From Bacteroidia bacterium (GTDB lineage Bacteria > Bacteroidota > Bacteroidia > UKL13-3), in the NCBI GenBank assembly GCA_021740845.1, contig JAIOYZ010000022.1, positions 3,402 to 67,401 of the forward strand: a stretch of 64,000 nt of DNA. The letters run 5' to 3'. Positions 40,658 to 51,131 of the stretch are shown piece after piece. The position numbers and the translations under genes were made by a program. Each line of letters starts with the position of its first letter. The stretch's first letter is position 1. The notes beneath the pieces were generated by a model. It was given only the letters and a program-made list of their open reading frames with translations, was not told where the DNA came from and searched no databases.

Positions 40658-41917
40658 ATGTTTGAAAAAAAATATATAGTATCCTTATTAGTTCTTTTTG
40701 CTTCGGCTACAGGAATTTTTGCCCAGCCTCTTGCAGGTGTTATGGGGCAAGATCGTGAGGCTGTTGTTGCAAGAATTGATAGCAATACTTTAAAACTTAG
40801 AAATAAACTTTATCCAATTAAAAGTGCAGGGGATTTGAATACCTACGGTTTTAACCAAGAGGATATTCCAGTTTATTCAGATTCTACTTATGCCTTTCGA
40901 TTAAGTTTATTAGAAACTGAAATTCCTTTAGAATATAATGAACAGGTTAGAGCTTATATTGATTTATATGCTAACCGTAAAAGGAAATTAGTTAGTAAAG
41001 TACTTGCAACCTCTAAATTCTATTTCCCAATATTTGAGGAGGTTTTTGATAGAGAAAATGTTCCTATGGAACTTAAGTATTTGGCTGTAATTGAAAGTGC
41101 CCTAAACCAAAAAGCAATATCGCCAGTTGGTGCTGCGGGCTTATGGCAGTTTATGGCGCCAACAGGTAGAATGTATGGACTTAGAACAGATACCTATATT
41201 GATGATAGAAAAGATATTATAAAATCTACAGAAGCAGCAGTTAAGTATTTCCAAAACTCCTATAGAATTTATGGTGATTGGTTATTGGTAATTGCTAGTT
41301 ATAACTGTGGACCTGGAAATGTTTCAAAAGCAATTAGAAGGTCTGGGGGAAAAAGAAATATTTGGGAAATAATGCCATATCTTCCTAGAGAAACTAGAGG
41401 TTATGTTCCTGCATTTATTGCCGCTGCATATGTAATGAATTATGCAAGTGAACACAATCTTTACCCTTCAGAGAATGAAGATATAAATTTTCATTTGGAT
41501 ACCATTATGGTAGACAATAGAACATCAATTGAAAAATTGGCTTTGTCGTTAAATGTAAGTGCGGAGGAAATTTTAAAATACAATCCTTCCATAAAAAGAG
41601 GTGTTATTCCATTTAATTCAAATGGAGTATCATTAACTTTACCATATCATTTGGCTGTTAAATTGGCTTCCATTAGAATGGATAGTAATTTTAACAATCA
41701 AGTGGATCATAATTTAATTGCATTAAATAAGGAAATTCAAAAATCTACTTCAACAAATAAGGTTGTATATCAGGTAAAGAGTGGTGATTATCTAGGTAAA
41801 ATTGCCAAGAAGTACAATGTTACTGTTGCAGATATTAAGAAGTGGAACAAAGGAACTATTAAAGGAAATACAGTTTATAAAGGACAAAAACTTAAAGTTT
41901 ATCCTAATAGAGGTTAA
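40658..41917 (+). CDS. mltD: Lytic murein transglycosylase with LysM (MltD-like)
   Basis: LAVIES, GAAGLWQFM, ASYNCG, LPRETRGYVP, LysM YQVKSGDYLGKIAKKY. Confidence 0.9.
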   Translation: MFEKKYIVSLLVLFASATGIFAQPLAGVMGQDREAVVARIDSNTLKLRNKLYPIKSAGDLNTYGFNQEDIPVYSDSTYAFRLSLLETEIPLEYNEQVRAYIDLYANRKRKLVSKVLATSKFYFPIFEEVFDRENVPMELKYLAVIESALNQKAISPVGAAGLWQFMAPTGRMYGLRTDTYIDDRKDIIKSTEAAVKYFQNSYRIYGDWLLVIASYNCGPGNVSKAIRRSGGKRNIWEIMPYLPRETRGYVPAFIAAAYVMNYASEHNLYPSENEDINFHLDTIMVDNRTSIEKLALSLNVSAEEILKYNPSIKRGVIPFNSNGVSLTLPYHLAVKLASIRMDSNFNNQVDHNLIALNKEIQKSTSTNKVVYQVKSGDYLGKIAKKYNVTVADIKKWNKGTIKGNTVYKGQKLKVYPNRG

Positions 41918-41918
41918 T

Positions 41919-43118
41919 TTATTTGCGGCAATGGTAAACCCATTTTTGCCCATTTTGAAGGGTGGTAAAGAATAAAAAGTCTTTGCCACCCTCTTTTATT
42001 TTATAGCTTTTTCTAATTTCATCAACTGATAAAGGAAAGTTTCTTTTAGTAATATTAGCCTGAACCAAAGCCTTTTTTGATAAGTAGGTTTTTAATTTGG
42101 ATTTAGAAAATTCGAATTGTTCTAAAATTTGGAAGCTCCTGCCAATGAAATTTTCTAAAAGAATAGAACTTGTATAAAACGAACTATTTTTCCCTATTTG
42201 TTTAAGCCCTAAATATTTACTGTATTCTTCGGTTAAACCTGCTTTTATAATACAATTGTGTGGCTCGTAAAAATAATTTTCTTGCAATAAATCCAGCCGA
42301 TTAGTCTCATTTGCTTTTGAACCAGTAGCGAAAGATTGAATAGGGTCCAAAAGAACAACGGCCTCCAATTCAATTTGAGTTTTTAGTGAATTTCTTTTCA
42401 TGACAACCAAAATTTCCTTCACCTCAGATTTGTCGCCCAAAATCCAAATTTTAGTTATTTCTGGCAAGGTGTTTTGGAGGTAAACCAAATCTATCATGGG
42501 TGAAAGTTTGAGCAAAATATTATCACTCAATTCAAAGCAGCGTTCTTTTAGTTCTAAAATATTGGGGGTGCCGTCCTCTAATAGGAATTGATTTTTTTCA
42601 TTCGGTCTTCTATCTGCATCTAAAAAAATCCAATCAAATTTGGGTATGTTTTGTGATTTAAGGTAATCTTCTGCCGTAGTATCTAATCGATTTATTTGGT
42701 TCAAACCGAGTTTTTTAAAGTTTAGCCTTACTAATTCATTGAGTTCTTTATTAGGGTCTAAGGTTATTATTTGGTTAAATGTTTTGGAAAAAGCCCAATC
42801 ATCTACACCTAAACCTCCAGATAAATCTAACAGTATTTCCCCGCCTATTAGTCCTGATTTATATAAAGCAGACGATTCACTGCTTGCTTGTTCATAACTT
42901 TTGGAGGTAAACCAACAATGATTTTCTGTAAAAGTGGGAAGTTTGTTTTTGGCCTTAGGGTAAATTTTTAGTTGGTCTGCTAAGAGTCTGTTTAACTCAT
43001 TTTTAGTATCTTTGTGACCTAATAAGAATTGAGTAGCATCTTGATGTTTGTTTTGGGTCAAAAAATCACCTAAATCAATTTCAAGTAATAGATTAATAAA
43101 AGAGCTCGTTGTGTTCAA
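41919..43118 (-). CDS. Class I SAM-dependent methyltransferase with THUMP-like domain
   Basis: EQASSE, DLSGGLGVD, DADRR, KLSPMID, RNFP. Confidence 0.82.
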   Translation of the reverse strand: MNTTSSFINLLLEIDLGDFLTQNKHQDATQFLLGHKDTKNELNRLLADQLKIYPKAKNKLPTFTENHCWFTSKSYEQASSESSALYKSGLIGGEILLDLSGGLGVDDWAFSKTFNQIITLDPNKELNELVRLNFKKLGLNQINRLDTTAEDYLKSQNIPKFDWIFLDADRRPNEKNQFLLEDGTPNILELKERCFELSDNILLKLSPMIDLVYLQNTLPEITKIWILGDKSEVKEILVVMKRNSLKTQIELEAVVLLDPIQSFATGSKANETNRLDLLQENYFYEPHNCIIKAGLTEEYSKYLGLKQIGKNSSFYTSSILLENFIGRSFQILEQFEFSKSKLKTYLSKKALVQANITKRNFPLSVDEIRKSYKIKEGGKDFLFFTTLQNGQKWVYHCRK

Positions 43119-43134
43119 TATAAATGTTAGTATT

Positions 43135-43248
43135 ATGAAAAAAATAATTTATGTTTTTGGTGTTTTTGCTCTGTTGAGCTTAAGCGCTTGCAAGGGAAGT
43201 TGCCCTAAATTTAAAATGCCAGTTCCTTCTATTAGCATTAATTTTTAA
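43135..43248 (+). CDS. Small putative lipoprotein (37 aa)
   Basis: MKKIIYVFGVFALLSLSA-C lipobox; fills the gap between two minus-strand genes. Confidence 0.6.
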   Translation: MKKIIYVFGVFALLSLSACKGSCPKFKMPVPSISINF

Positions 43249-43652
43249 TAAAAGTTAAAGTTTACGTTTTGAACCAAATCTGGATGTAAACTTTTTGCTA
43301 CTGGGCAATTTTTACCGGCCCAAATGAGCTTATTCATTTGTTCCTCTGTTAAATCTCCTTTTGGAATTTCAAGTATTACATCAATTTTGGCTACTCTTCT
43401 AGGCAAAGCAGCCATATGCTTGCCAATGCTGGCTTTTGCTCCGTCGATAGAAACATTTAAACGATTAGCCTCAATACCCATAATCGTAAGCATGCAATTT
43501 CCAAGTGAGGTTGCCAATAAATCTGTTGGTGAAAATGCTTCACCCTTTCCTTGGTTATCTGTTGGCGCATCTGTAAAAATTGTGCTTTCAGATTGTAAAT
43601 GTATTGCTTTACACCTTAATTCGCCTTCATAATATACTTCGGAAGTTGCCAT
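43245..43652 (-). CDS. OsmC family protein
   Basis: TDAP, FSPTDLLATSLGNC, CPVAKSL. Confidence 0.92.
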   Translation of the reverse strand: MATSEVYYEGELRCKAIHLQSESTIFTDAPTDNQGKGEAFSPTDLLATSLGNCMLTIMGIEANRLNVSIDGAKASIGKHMAALPRRVAKIDVILEIPKGDLTEEQMNKLIWAGKNCPVAKSLHPDLVQNVNFNFY

Positions 43653-43686
43653 ATTTTTTTATAAATTTGAATCAAAGTTAAGGAAG

Positions 43687-44442
43687 TTGAGAAAGTTCAT
43701 ACATAAAATTTTAGGATCATTGATTTTGATGGGGATAGGAAATCTATTCGCCCAAAATGCACCTATTACAGAACCTCAATTGATGTATACTCAAAGTAAT
43801 TTAATGGGAGTTAATCTTAATTCCTTTAAGTCTTGGGGTATAAATTACCGCTATGGTTGGCATAAAACAGGCAAACAACAGAGTCATTTAGAAATTGATT
43901 TCAACCGTATTAAGCATCCTAAAGAAGTTCGTAGACAAGGATATTCTGAAAGTCAAAGCCAATATTCATTTGGAAGATTGAATGCATTATTTTTCCTTAG
44001 AACAAGTTTGGGTCAAACCATTTCCATTACAGAACGCCCTTATAAAAATGCAGTTGGGTTAAACTTTGTTTATAGTATGGGTGCCAATGTGGCCTTTCTA
44101 AAACCTGTATATATAGATTATTTTTATCCTTATGATAATACACCAGGCCAAGGCTATTTGGTTAAAGAAAGGTATGATCCAGAGAAACATACAGATATTT
44201 ACAGAATTTTTGGAAATTCATCTTTTACAAAAGGTTTGGGTGAAACACAATTGAAATTGGGTGCTTTTGGTAGAGCAGGATTTCAGGTTGAATGGGGGCA
44301 GTATAGCGACGAGATTAGGTGCTTGGAGGCAGGAGTAACCTTGGATTTATTTTCTCAAGGTATTCCAATTTTGGCTCATCAAAATAACGACCAGCTGTTT
44401 TATGGTTTTTATGTATCGTATAATTGGGGAAATAGAAAATAA
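43687..44442 (+). CDS. Hypothetical outer membrane protein
   Basis: Signal peptide, KHPKE, beta-strand pattern, terminal WGNRK; 3 bp upstream of lipA. Confidence 0.7.
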   Translation: MRKFIHKILGSLILMGIGNLFAQNAPITEPQLMYTQSNLMGVNLNSFKSWGINYRYGWHKTGKQQSHLEIDFNRIKHPKEVRRQGYSESQSQYSFGRLNALFFLRTSLGQTISITERPYKNAVGLNFVYSMGANVAFLKPVYIDYFYPYDNTPGQGYLVKERYDPEKHTDIYRIFGNSSFTKGLGETQLKLGAFGRAGFQVEWGQYSDEIRCLEAGVTLDLFSQGIPILAHQNNDQLFYGFYVSYNWGNRK

Positions 44443-44445
44443 ATA

Positions 44446-45312
44446 ATGATTGAATTACCGGTATTAGGAGAAGAGAAAGTTAAGAAGCCAAGTTGGTTAA
44501 AAGTTAAATTACCTACAGGTGAGAATTATCGTCGTGTTAGAAAATTAGTTGACGAGCATAAATTACATACTATTTGCGAAAGTGGCAATTGCCCTAATAT
44601 GGGTGAGTGCTGGGGTGAGGGTACTGCTACCTTTATGATTTTAGGTAATACCTGTACTCGTAGTTGCTCGTTTTGCGCTGTTGCAACAGGTAGGGCAAAT
44701 AGTTATGATTTGGATGAACCAAGAAGAGTTGCCGAGGCTATTAAATTAATGGCTGTAAAACACGCCGTAATCACCTCAGTTAACCGCGATGAATTGCCGG
44801 ATAAAGGTGCAAAAGTATGGGCAGATACCATTCGGTTAATTAAACAGGAAAGTCCTGGTACCACAATGGAAACTTTAATTCCTGATTTTCTAACCAATTG
44901 GGATTTGTTATACCAAGTTATTGATGAAAAGCCAGAAGTGGTTTCTCACAATATGGAAACTGTAAAACGGTTGTACCGAAAAGTTAGACCTCAAGCTAAA
45001 TATGAACGTAGCTTGGAGCAAATTAAATTAACCAAAGAAAGAGGTAGGAGAACCAAAAGTGGAATCATGCTTGGCCTAGGCGAAACTGAAGCAGAGGTGT
45101 TAGAAGTAATGCAAGATTTACTCAACCACAAATGTGATGTAATAACTCTAGGGCAATATTTGCAGCCAACTAAAATGCATTTAAATGTAGAAGAATTTGT
45201 TACCCCCGAACAATTTGCCTATTACAAAGAAGCAGGATTGGCGATGGGATTTAATTATGTAGAATCTGGTGCTTTAGTGAGGTCGTCGTACCATGCGGAA
45301 AGACATATTTAA
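44446..45312 (+). CDS. lipA: Lipoyl synthase
   Basis: [26 protein letters not shown]. Confidence 0.98.
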   Translation: MIELPVLGEEKVKKPSWLKVKLPTGENYRRVRKLVDEHKLHTICESGNCPNMGECWGEGTATFMILGNTCTRSCSFCAVATGRANSYDLDEPRRVAEAIKLMAVKHAVITSVNRDELPDKGAKVWADTIRLIKQESPGTTMETLIPDFLTNWDLLYQVIDEKPEVVSHNMETVKRLYRKVRPQAKYERSLEQIKLTKERGRRTKSGIMLGLGETEAEVLEVMQDLLNHKCDVITLGQYLQPTKMHLNVEEFVTPEQFAYYKEAGLAMGFNYVESGALVRSSYHAERHI

Positions 45313-45326
45313 AAGGAAAATAATCT

Positions 45327-45370
45327 AAAAAAAAATCCCTCAACTTTTATTAGTTGAGGGATTTTTTTTT
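45327..45370. terminator. Bidirectional intrinsic terminator
   Basis: A-run ATCCCTCAACT-loop-AGTTGAGGGAT T-run between convergent genes. Confidence 0.9.
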
Positions 45371-45830
45371 ATTTCTTATAGAACTTCTTTTTCATGTCCT
45401 TTAGAATGGGTTCCATTTGTTCGGCATTTTTATAACCAACAACCAACTCTGAACTTTTTCCTTTTGGATATAAAAAGATGGTTGTAGGATAACCATTAAT
45501 TTGATTATTGCTAATTACACCTGCCAATTGAGCTCCAGTGTATGATTTGCCCTCAAAAGTATAGGTTATACCTTGTTGTTCTGGATTAAATTTAACGGGA
45601 ATAAAATCTGCATTTACAGCCGAAATAATGTTCTCTTTTGCATATGCATCTCTATCCATTCTTTTACACCAACCACACCAGTCTGTATAAACATCAATAA
45701 TCATGATTTTATTTTTCTTCTTGGCCATTTCGTAGCCTTTGTTAAAATCAAGCCATTTGATTTCTTCTGCTGTTTTAAAAGAGCTTGCCATAATGGTAAG
45801 CAATAGAATTCCGATAATTTTAATCTTCAT
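45369..45830 (-). CDS. Periplasmic thioredoxin-family protein
   Basis: Signal peptide, YTDWCGWCKRMD, GYPT cis-Pro loop; start set at MKIKII. Confidence 0.88.
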   Translation of the reverse strand: MKIKIIGILLLTIMASSFKTAEEIKWLDFNKGYEMAKKKNKIMIIDVYTDWCGWCKRMDRDAYAKENIISAVNADFIPVKFNPEQQGITYTFEGKSYTGAQLAGVISNNQINGYPTTIFLYPKGKSSELVVGYKNAEQMEPILKDMKKKFYKK

Positions 45831-45926
45831 GTTTAATTGTTTTTCTATGAATAACAAGATTCGGTCCAAAATGTTGTTTGAACCCAATCTTGTTTCAAAC
45901 TAAGGAAATTAAGTTTTAAATTAATC

Positions 45927-47180
45927 TTAATTTTTCTCAGCCATATTAATTACTTTTTCTGAAGTATAAGCCCCATTTTTCAATTTCTCTCTAATTTCTA
46001 TGAAAGCTTTAATGGTTACATCAACTTGCTCCAAGTTATGAACTGCAGTAGGAATTAGACGTAATAAAATCATTCCTTTAGGAATAACAGGATATACTAC
46101 AACTGAACAGAAAATATTGTAGTTTTCTCTTAAATCATGAACTACTGAAGTAGATTCAGCAACCGTTCCATGCATTATTACTGGAGAAACCGGAGAGTTG
46201 GTTCTTCCTAAATCAAAACCTTCTGCTTTTAATCCTGATTGTAATGCTCTAACAACTGTCCAAAGATTTTCTCTAAATTCAGGATGGTTGCGGATCAAAT
46301 CTAATCTTTTCAATGCACCAATAACAATTGGCATAGGAACAGATTTCGCATAGATTTGAGAACGTAAATTGTATCTTAAAAATTTAACAACACTTTTATC
46401 AGCTGCAATAAAACCACCAATTAGTGCCATTGATTTAGCAAATGTTCCAAAATAAATATCGATGCCATCTTGGCAATTTTGTTCTTCGCCAGTTCCTGCT
46501 CCAGTTTTACCCATTGTTCCAAATCCATGTGCATCGTCTACAAATAAACGGAAGCTGTATTTTTCTTTAAGGGCAACAATATCTCTCAAGTTTCCTTGAG
46601 CACCAGTCATACCAAAAACTCCTTCGGTAATAACTAAAATTGCACCGCCAGATTCTTGGGTTAAGCGAGTTGCACGCTGCAATTGCTTCTCAAGACTCTC
46701 CATATCGTTGTGTTCAAAAACAAAACGTTTTCCCATATGAAGTCTAACACCGTCTACAATACAAGCATGACTTTCTGCATCATATACAATTACATCATGG
46801 CGATCAACCAATGCATCAATAGCACTTACCATTCCTTGGTAACCATAATTTAATAAAACAGCATCTTCTTTTGATTCAAATGCTGCTAATTCTCTATCCA
46901 ATTGTTCGTGGTAAACTGAGTTACCACTCATCATACGAGCACCCATTGGGTAACCTAAACCAAATTTTGCAGCTGCTTCAGCATCTACTTTTCTAACTTC
47001 TGGATGGTTAGCCAAACCTAAGTAGTTGTTTAAACTCCAATTAAGCATTTTTTGACCACGGAATTCCATTTCCGGACCAATTTCACCTTCCAATTTTGGA
47101 AACATGTAATAACCGTATGCATCATCTGCATATTGGCCTAATGGGCCCGCTTTTTTCTGTAGTTTTTCAAAAAGATCCAT
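45927..47180 (-). CDS. PLP-dependent alpha-oxoamine synthase, probable cysteate acyltransferase (sulfonolipid/capnine synthesis)
   Basis: NNYLGL, ESHAC, DDAHG, GTFAKS (PLP Lys249), SQIYAKS with Lys279; family certain, specificity inferred. Confidence 0.8.
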   Translation of the reverse strand: MDLFEKLQKKAGPLGQYADDAYGYYMFPKLEGEIGPEMEFRGQKMLNWSLNNYLGLANHPEVRKVDAEAAAKFGLGYPMGARMMSGNSVYHEQLDRELAAFESKEDAVLLNYGYQGMVSAIDALVDRHDVIVYDAESHACIVDGVRLHMGKRFVFEHNDMESLEKQLQRATRLTQESGGAILVITEGVFGMTGAQGNLRDIVALKEKYSFRLFVDDAHGFGTMGKTGAGTGEEQNCQDGIDIYFGTFAKSMALIGGFIAADKSVVKFLRYNLRSQIYAKSVPMPIVIGALKRLDLIRNHPEFRENLWTVVRALQSGLKAEGFDLGRTNSPVSPVIMHGTVAESTSVVHDLRENYNIFCSVVVYPVIPKGMILLRLIPTAVHNLEQVDVTIKAFIEIREKLKNGAYTSEKVINMAEKN

Positions 47181-47445
47181 TGTGTCTTAATAATTTGCCG
47201 CGAAAATAAGGAAACATTGGGGTAATACAAGCGTCAAAATGTTTGTTCAATCCTTTTTTTATTGCTTCATTTTTTGTACTAAATATCTTTATTTCAGTGT
47301 GTTTTATTTGTTTTGTCAATTGTTTGTTGGTAAATTTTATCTTATAATTTTTATCATGTTTTCAGTAATTAAATACATTTTCGGTTTGAACCAATAAATG
47401 GATTTTTGATTTGGTTACTTGCTCCCTTTTCCATTTTATTTGAAG

Positions 47446-48165
47446 ATGCCAAAAACAAATAAGCTTCTATTAATTGATGTTTTATCATCCTTAGATTTAT
47501 TAGTAAACCAGAAGAGAAAGGAATTTGGTGAAACTAGTTATCCCACCAAACTAAAAATTTTGGGTGTTGCCAATCCAGATTTAAAAAAGGTTTTAAAGGA
47601 AATTAAACTGGCCACCAAAGATTATTCGAGTATTGAAAAATTTAATTTTGCTTTGGATTTGGTTCAAACCGAAATATTAGAATGCCTTTTATTGGCCTAT
47701 GAGTTTTTAGGTTCAGATAAAGCTGCCTTGGCATTATTTGGGGAAAGTGATTTGAAAAAATTTGATATTGGATTTGATAATTGGGTTATAATTGATACTT
47801 ATGGGTCTTTTATTTTAGGAGTTGCTTGGAGAAACGGGCAAATAAAAACTGATACCATACATAAATTAACTCAACACCCAGATTTTTGGAAACGTAGGTT
47901 AGCATTGGTGGCCACGGTTCCATTAAATTTAAGATCACGCGGAGGAAAAGGTGATGCTGCAAAAACTTTAGCAGTATGTAAATTATTAGTAAATGATCAC
48001 CAAGATATGATAGTTAAAGCGCTTTCTTGGGCTCTTCGTTTGCTAAGCCATTTTCACCGAACTGAAGTGGAGGAATTTATGATAGAATATGATTTACAAT
48101 TGCACCCAAGAGTGAAAAGAGAGCTTACTAATAAATTAACCACCGGACTAAAAAATCCTCATTAG
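47446..48165 (+). CDS. DNA alkylation repair (AlkD-like HEAT-repeat) protein
   Basis: DNW..D, WKRR.ALV, IVKALSWALR. Confidence 0.82.
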   Translation: MPKTNKLLLIDVLSSLDLLVNQKRKEFGETSYPTKLKILGVANPDLKKVLKEIKLATKDYSSIEKFNFALDLVQTEILECLLLAYEFLGSDKAALALFGESDLKKFDIGFDNWVIIDTYGSFILGVAWRNGQIKTDTIHKLTQHPDFWKRRLALVATVPLNLRSRGGKGDAAKTLAVCKLLVNDHQDMIVKALSWALRLLSHFHRTEVEEFMIEYDLQLHPRVKRELTNKLTTGLKNPH

Positions 48166-50165
48166 AATTTATATCTCAATTGAATCTTATATTCTTCAAA
48201 ATGGTTGCTATTGATTTGGTCTAACCCACTTCCAATTGTAGTGGATTCAGGTAAATAGGTTTGCGAAAACCTCCAGTCTAAAACCAGATTTTTTGTAATT
48301 CTATAATTCCCCATAAGGTAGAATCTGATGCCCGTATTTTGCATTTGATAACTGCTATAATTGTATAAAATATCTCCTTCCAAAACATAAATTCTAGCCA
48401 AGTAATCCGAAACATTAAATAGCTGTATTCTGCCATGAAAACTATATTTCTTTTTGAGTTGATGCCAAGAGAAATCGTGGTACATCATATGTCCGCTCAC
48501 CCAAGTATTATCAGTCTTTTTTACCCAAATTTTCTCTGCTCTAAACCTATAGGTACTTTGGTCGGATATGCCTAATTGGTATTGGATTCTAAATTGATAT
48601 TTTTCTTCTGTTCCAAGTTTTTTGATGCTACTAATCTCTTTAGAAAAGTCTTTTTCTTTGTGAGTGAAAACACCTCTCAAATAAAGCTGACTAGTTTTAG
48701 AAAGACTCAAATTATAATCGGCAAAAAGTTCATATCCTTGAGAAGGGAATGACACTTGGTATCTCGGATTTTTGCTTTGAAATACATCAAGGTAAAAGCT
48801 ATATTTTATTTTCCTTTTTGGAGTGAATACCAAAGCGGTATAATAACCAATTTCATTTCCAATACTTCCATAAGTTGACCAAGCTTTTGAATAGGGATTA
48901 TTGTAAATTGCAGGGTAGTTTCTGTAAATAAAAATCCAGTCGGTTTTGCTGTTTAATGGGAGACTAATGTTAAACAGATAGGCTGTTTTCCCTTGAAAGG
49001 GCTTGGATATTTCACCACCTAAACTTGTGTTTTTTAATTGGTAGTTTCCATAAAATCCAATTTGTTTTTGGGCGGTTTGAACCAAATTTGTTGCTGTTAA
49101 ATTTGAGGAGGAGCCGGTTTGGTTCAAACAGAAAATTGAACCTAATTTGAGGCTTTTAAATTGATATTTTGTATGGAAACCACTTGACCATTGTAATCCT
49201 GAGTTTTTTCTTGAAAGCTCCAATGGTGTTCGGTGGTATCCTGATGAATTTATTGCAGATAAAAAGTCTTCTTGCATTAAACTGTCGTATTGAATTTGAG
49301 CAGTAAGGGGAGATGCGCTTAACCAAAAATCTGAATGGAATTTATTCTTTTCCATACTTACGGCGACACCTCTTAAAAAACCACTTTCACCTAGAGATCG
49401 GTAGGGTAGTATTCCATCTCTGTTGATTTGCGACTGCAAAACCATAGATGATTTGGCTCCAAAGCCAGATGTTCCCATATTTAACCCCATGCCAAGATTA
49501 AGATGGTAATCTCCAATTGCCAAGGTTTTTAATAATTTATTACCTTGATACATGATATGAAAAGTTTGGAAATCTCCCATTTTGCCAAAGGGTTCACCTG
49601 GGTCTTTTTCTATTCCAAATCCATAATACAAACGTTTTTGAAAATTACCCCTTAATCGAATGGATTGATGCAGTGGATTTCCTAAGTAGGCATCCTTGTC
49701 TAGGTAACCTTTAGCCTTAGGAAGTTTTATTTCACTACAAATAATTATTTCTTTTTGGCTTAGTTGAGTCATCTTCCATACCCTAAAATAATCGCTTTGT
49801 TTTGATTCGGTTAAGCTAATAAAATTGGCCATTAAGCTTGCCAATTCTGGAGAAAAGCCTTCAATGGCTTGGAGTTCGTATTTGCTAATAAACGGGCCAT
49901 TTGCTCTCTTATGTTTTAATATAGATTGAATTTGGTTTTGGTTCAAAAAGAATAATTTTTCTAGATCATTTTCATTGGCTTTATTAATTTGAATTGGGTT
50001 TTGAATTAAATCAAGCACTTGTGTTTCTAAAAAGCCAGGTTCAAAATAGCCTTGTTGGTTTTCTAGATAGGTTTCGAGTTTAATTTGCAAGGTTTTTGGA
50101 ATATCCTGCCCATAATTTCTAGAGAAAATAAGGCATAAAATTCCTATGAGAAATAGTCGATTCAT
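48162..50165 (-). CDS. Helix-hairpin-helix (ComEA-like) domain plus outer membrane beta-barrel protein
   Basis: PIQINKA...GPFISKYELQAIEGF HhH; EKDPGE, GDYHLNLGMGL, GYHRT; terminal LRYKF. Confidence 0.82.
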   Translation of the reverse strand: MNRLFLIGILCLIFSRNYGQDIPKTLQIKLETYLENQQGYFEPGFLETQVLDLIQNPIQINKANENDLEKLFFLNQNQIQSILKHKRANGPFISKYELQAIEGFSPELASLMANFISLTESKQSDYFRVWKMTQLSQKEIIICSEIKLPKAKGYLDKDAYLGNPLHQSIRLRGNFQKRLYYGFGIEKDPGEPFGKMGDFQTFHIMYQGNKLLKTLAIGDYHLNLGMGLNMGTSGFGAKSSMVLQSQINRDGILPYRSLGESGFLRGVAVSMEKNKFHSDFWLSASPLTAQIQYDSLMQEDFLSAINSSGYHRTPLELSRKNSGLQWSSGFHTKYQFKSLKLGSIFCLNQTGSSSNLTATNLVQTAQKQIGFYGNYQLKNTSLGGEISKPFQGKTAYLFNISLPLNSKTDWIFIYRNYPAIYNNPYSKAWSTYGSIGNEIGYYTALVFTPKRKIKYSFYLDVFQSKNPRYQVSFPSQGYELFADYNLSLSKTSQLYLRGVFTHKEKDFSKEISSIKKLGTEEKYQFRIQYQLGISDQSTYRFRAEKIWVKKTDNTWVSGHMMYHDFSWHQLKKKYSFHGRIQLFNVSDYLARIYVLEGDILYNYSSYQMQNTGIRFYLMGNYRITKNLVLDWRFSQTYLPESTTIGSGLDQINSNHFEEYKIQLRYKF

Positions 50166-50986
50166 TTTTTGACTTCCCTTTCTAATTGCAGTTCATAAAC
50201 AGGACTAATGGGTAAGTTTTGGTGAAATTGAAAACCAATAAGGTAGTGTAAATATTTTCTGTTTAATTTTATTCCAAGTCCTATTTGAAGCGGTTTTAGG
50301 TTAAATCCTGCTAGTAATTTAAAATCCTTGTTTACCTGATATTGCAGGCCAATTTTGCTTGTAGAACTTGTTACTCCTAATTGCTCTTGCTCTGCAACGA
50401 CAATTAAATTTGAGTTTAAGGAATATGAAATTGCCAATCTGTAGAGTGATGTAATAGGTTCAAGTTTTTCTAGTTTATATCGAGCTTGAAGAATATTTCC
50501 GCAATAAAATCCGAGTTTTATTTTGGGGGTTATTACAATTTGTCCTCCCAAATTTGCAGTTATATTACTTTTTGAACCCAATTGAATTTGTTGGGTCCTT
50601 AAATAATTAAATCCTAAACCCAATTGGAAATTTTTATGCAATGTCTTTGCAATTGAAAAATTGAATATTTGTTGTTTAAAAATGTCATTTCCTGATTGGA
50701 TCAAACCAAAACCCAAACTTGATTTTTTGACCTTTGTGGCATAGGATATTCCCGAAGTACAAAAGGTGGGTTCTAAAAATGGTATTTCTTGGTAAACGCA
50801 CCAATTGTTTTTTAAGAGATTTTGAAGTAGCGAGGGATTGTTAAAAGATTCAAATCCGCCTGAGGAGAGACAGGCTATTTTTCCTAAAAAAATAGCTTCC
50901 GCTCCAAATGGTTTTCCAATAAGTTGAGCATGAGCATTCTGCTTAAGGCAGGCAAATAATAGCAAGGGTAATAAAACGAATTTCAT
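50162..50986 (-). CDS. Hypothetical outer membrane barrel protein coupled to the HhH gene
   Basis: Signal peptide, NNPS, beta-strand pattern, 4-bp overlap with the downstream gene. Confidence 0.65.
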   Translation of the reverse strand: MKFVLLPLLLFACLKQNAHAQLIGKPFGAEAIFLGKIACLSSGGFESFNNPSLLQNLLKNNWCVYQEIPFLEPTFCTSGISYATKVKKSSLGFGLIQSGNDIFKQQIFNFSIAKTLHKNFQLGLGFNYLRTQQIQLGSKSNITANLGGQIVITPKIKLGFYCGNILQARYKLEKLEPITSLYRLAISYSLNSNLIVVAEQEQLGVTSSTSKIGLQYQVNKDFKLLAGFNLKPLQIGLGIKLNRKYLHYLIGFQFHQNLPISPVYELQLEREVKK

Positions 50987-51131
50987 AGGGGTAATTTTGT
51001 GCTCAAGAAAACAAAAATCTCTAACATGTTGATAGTTAGAGAAAATGAAGTTTTAAATTTACTTGTTTAAAATGCCTCGCAATCCCTATTTTTGCGACCT
51101 TCAAAAGAAAATACTAAAAATAGGAAAAACT

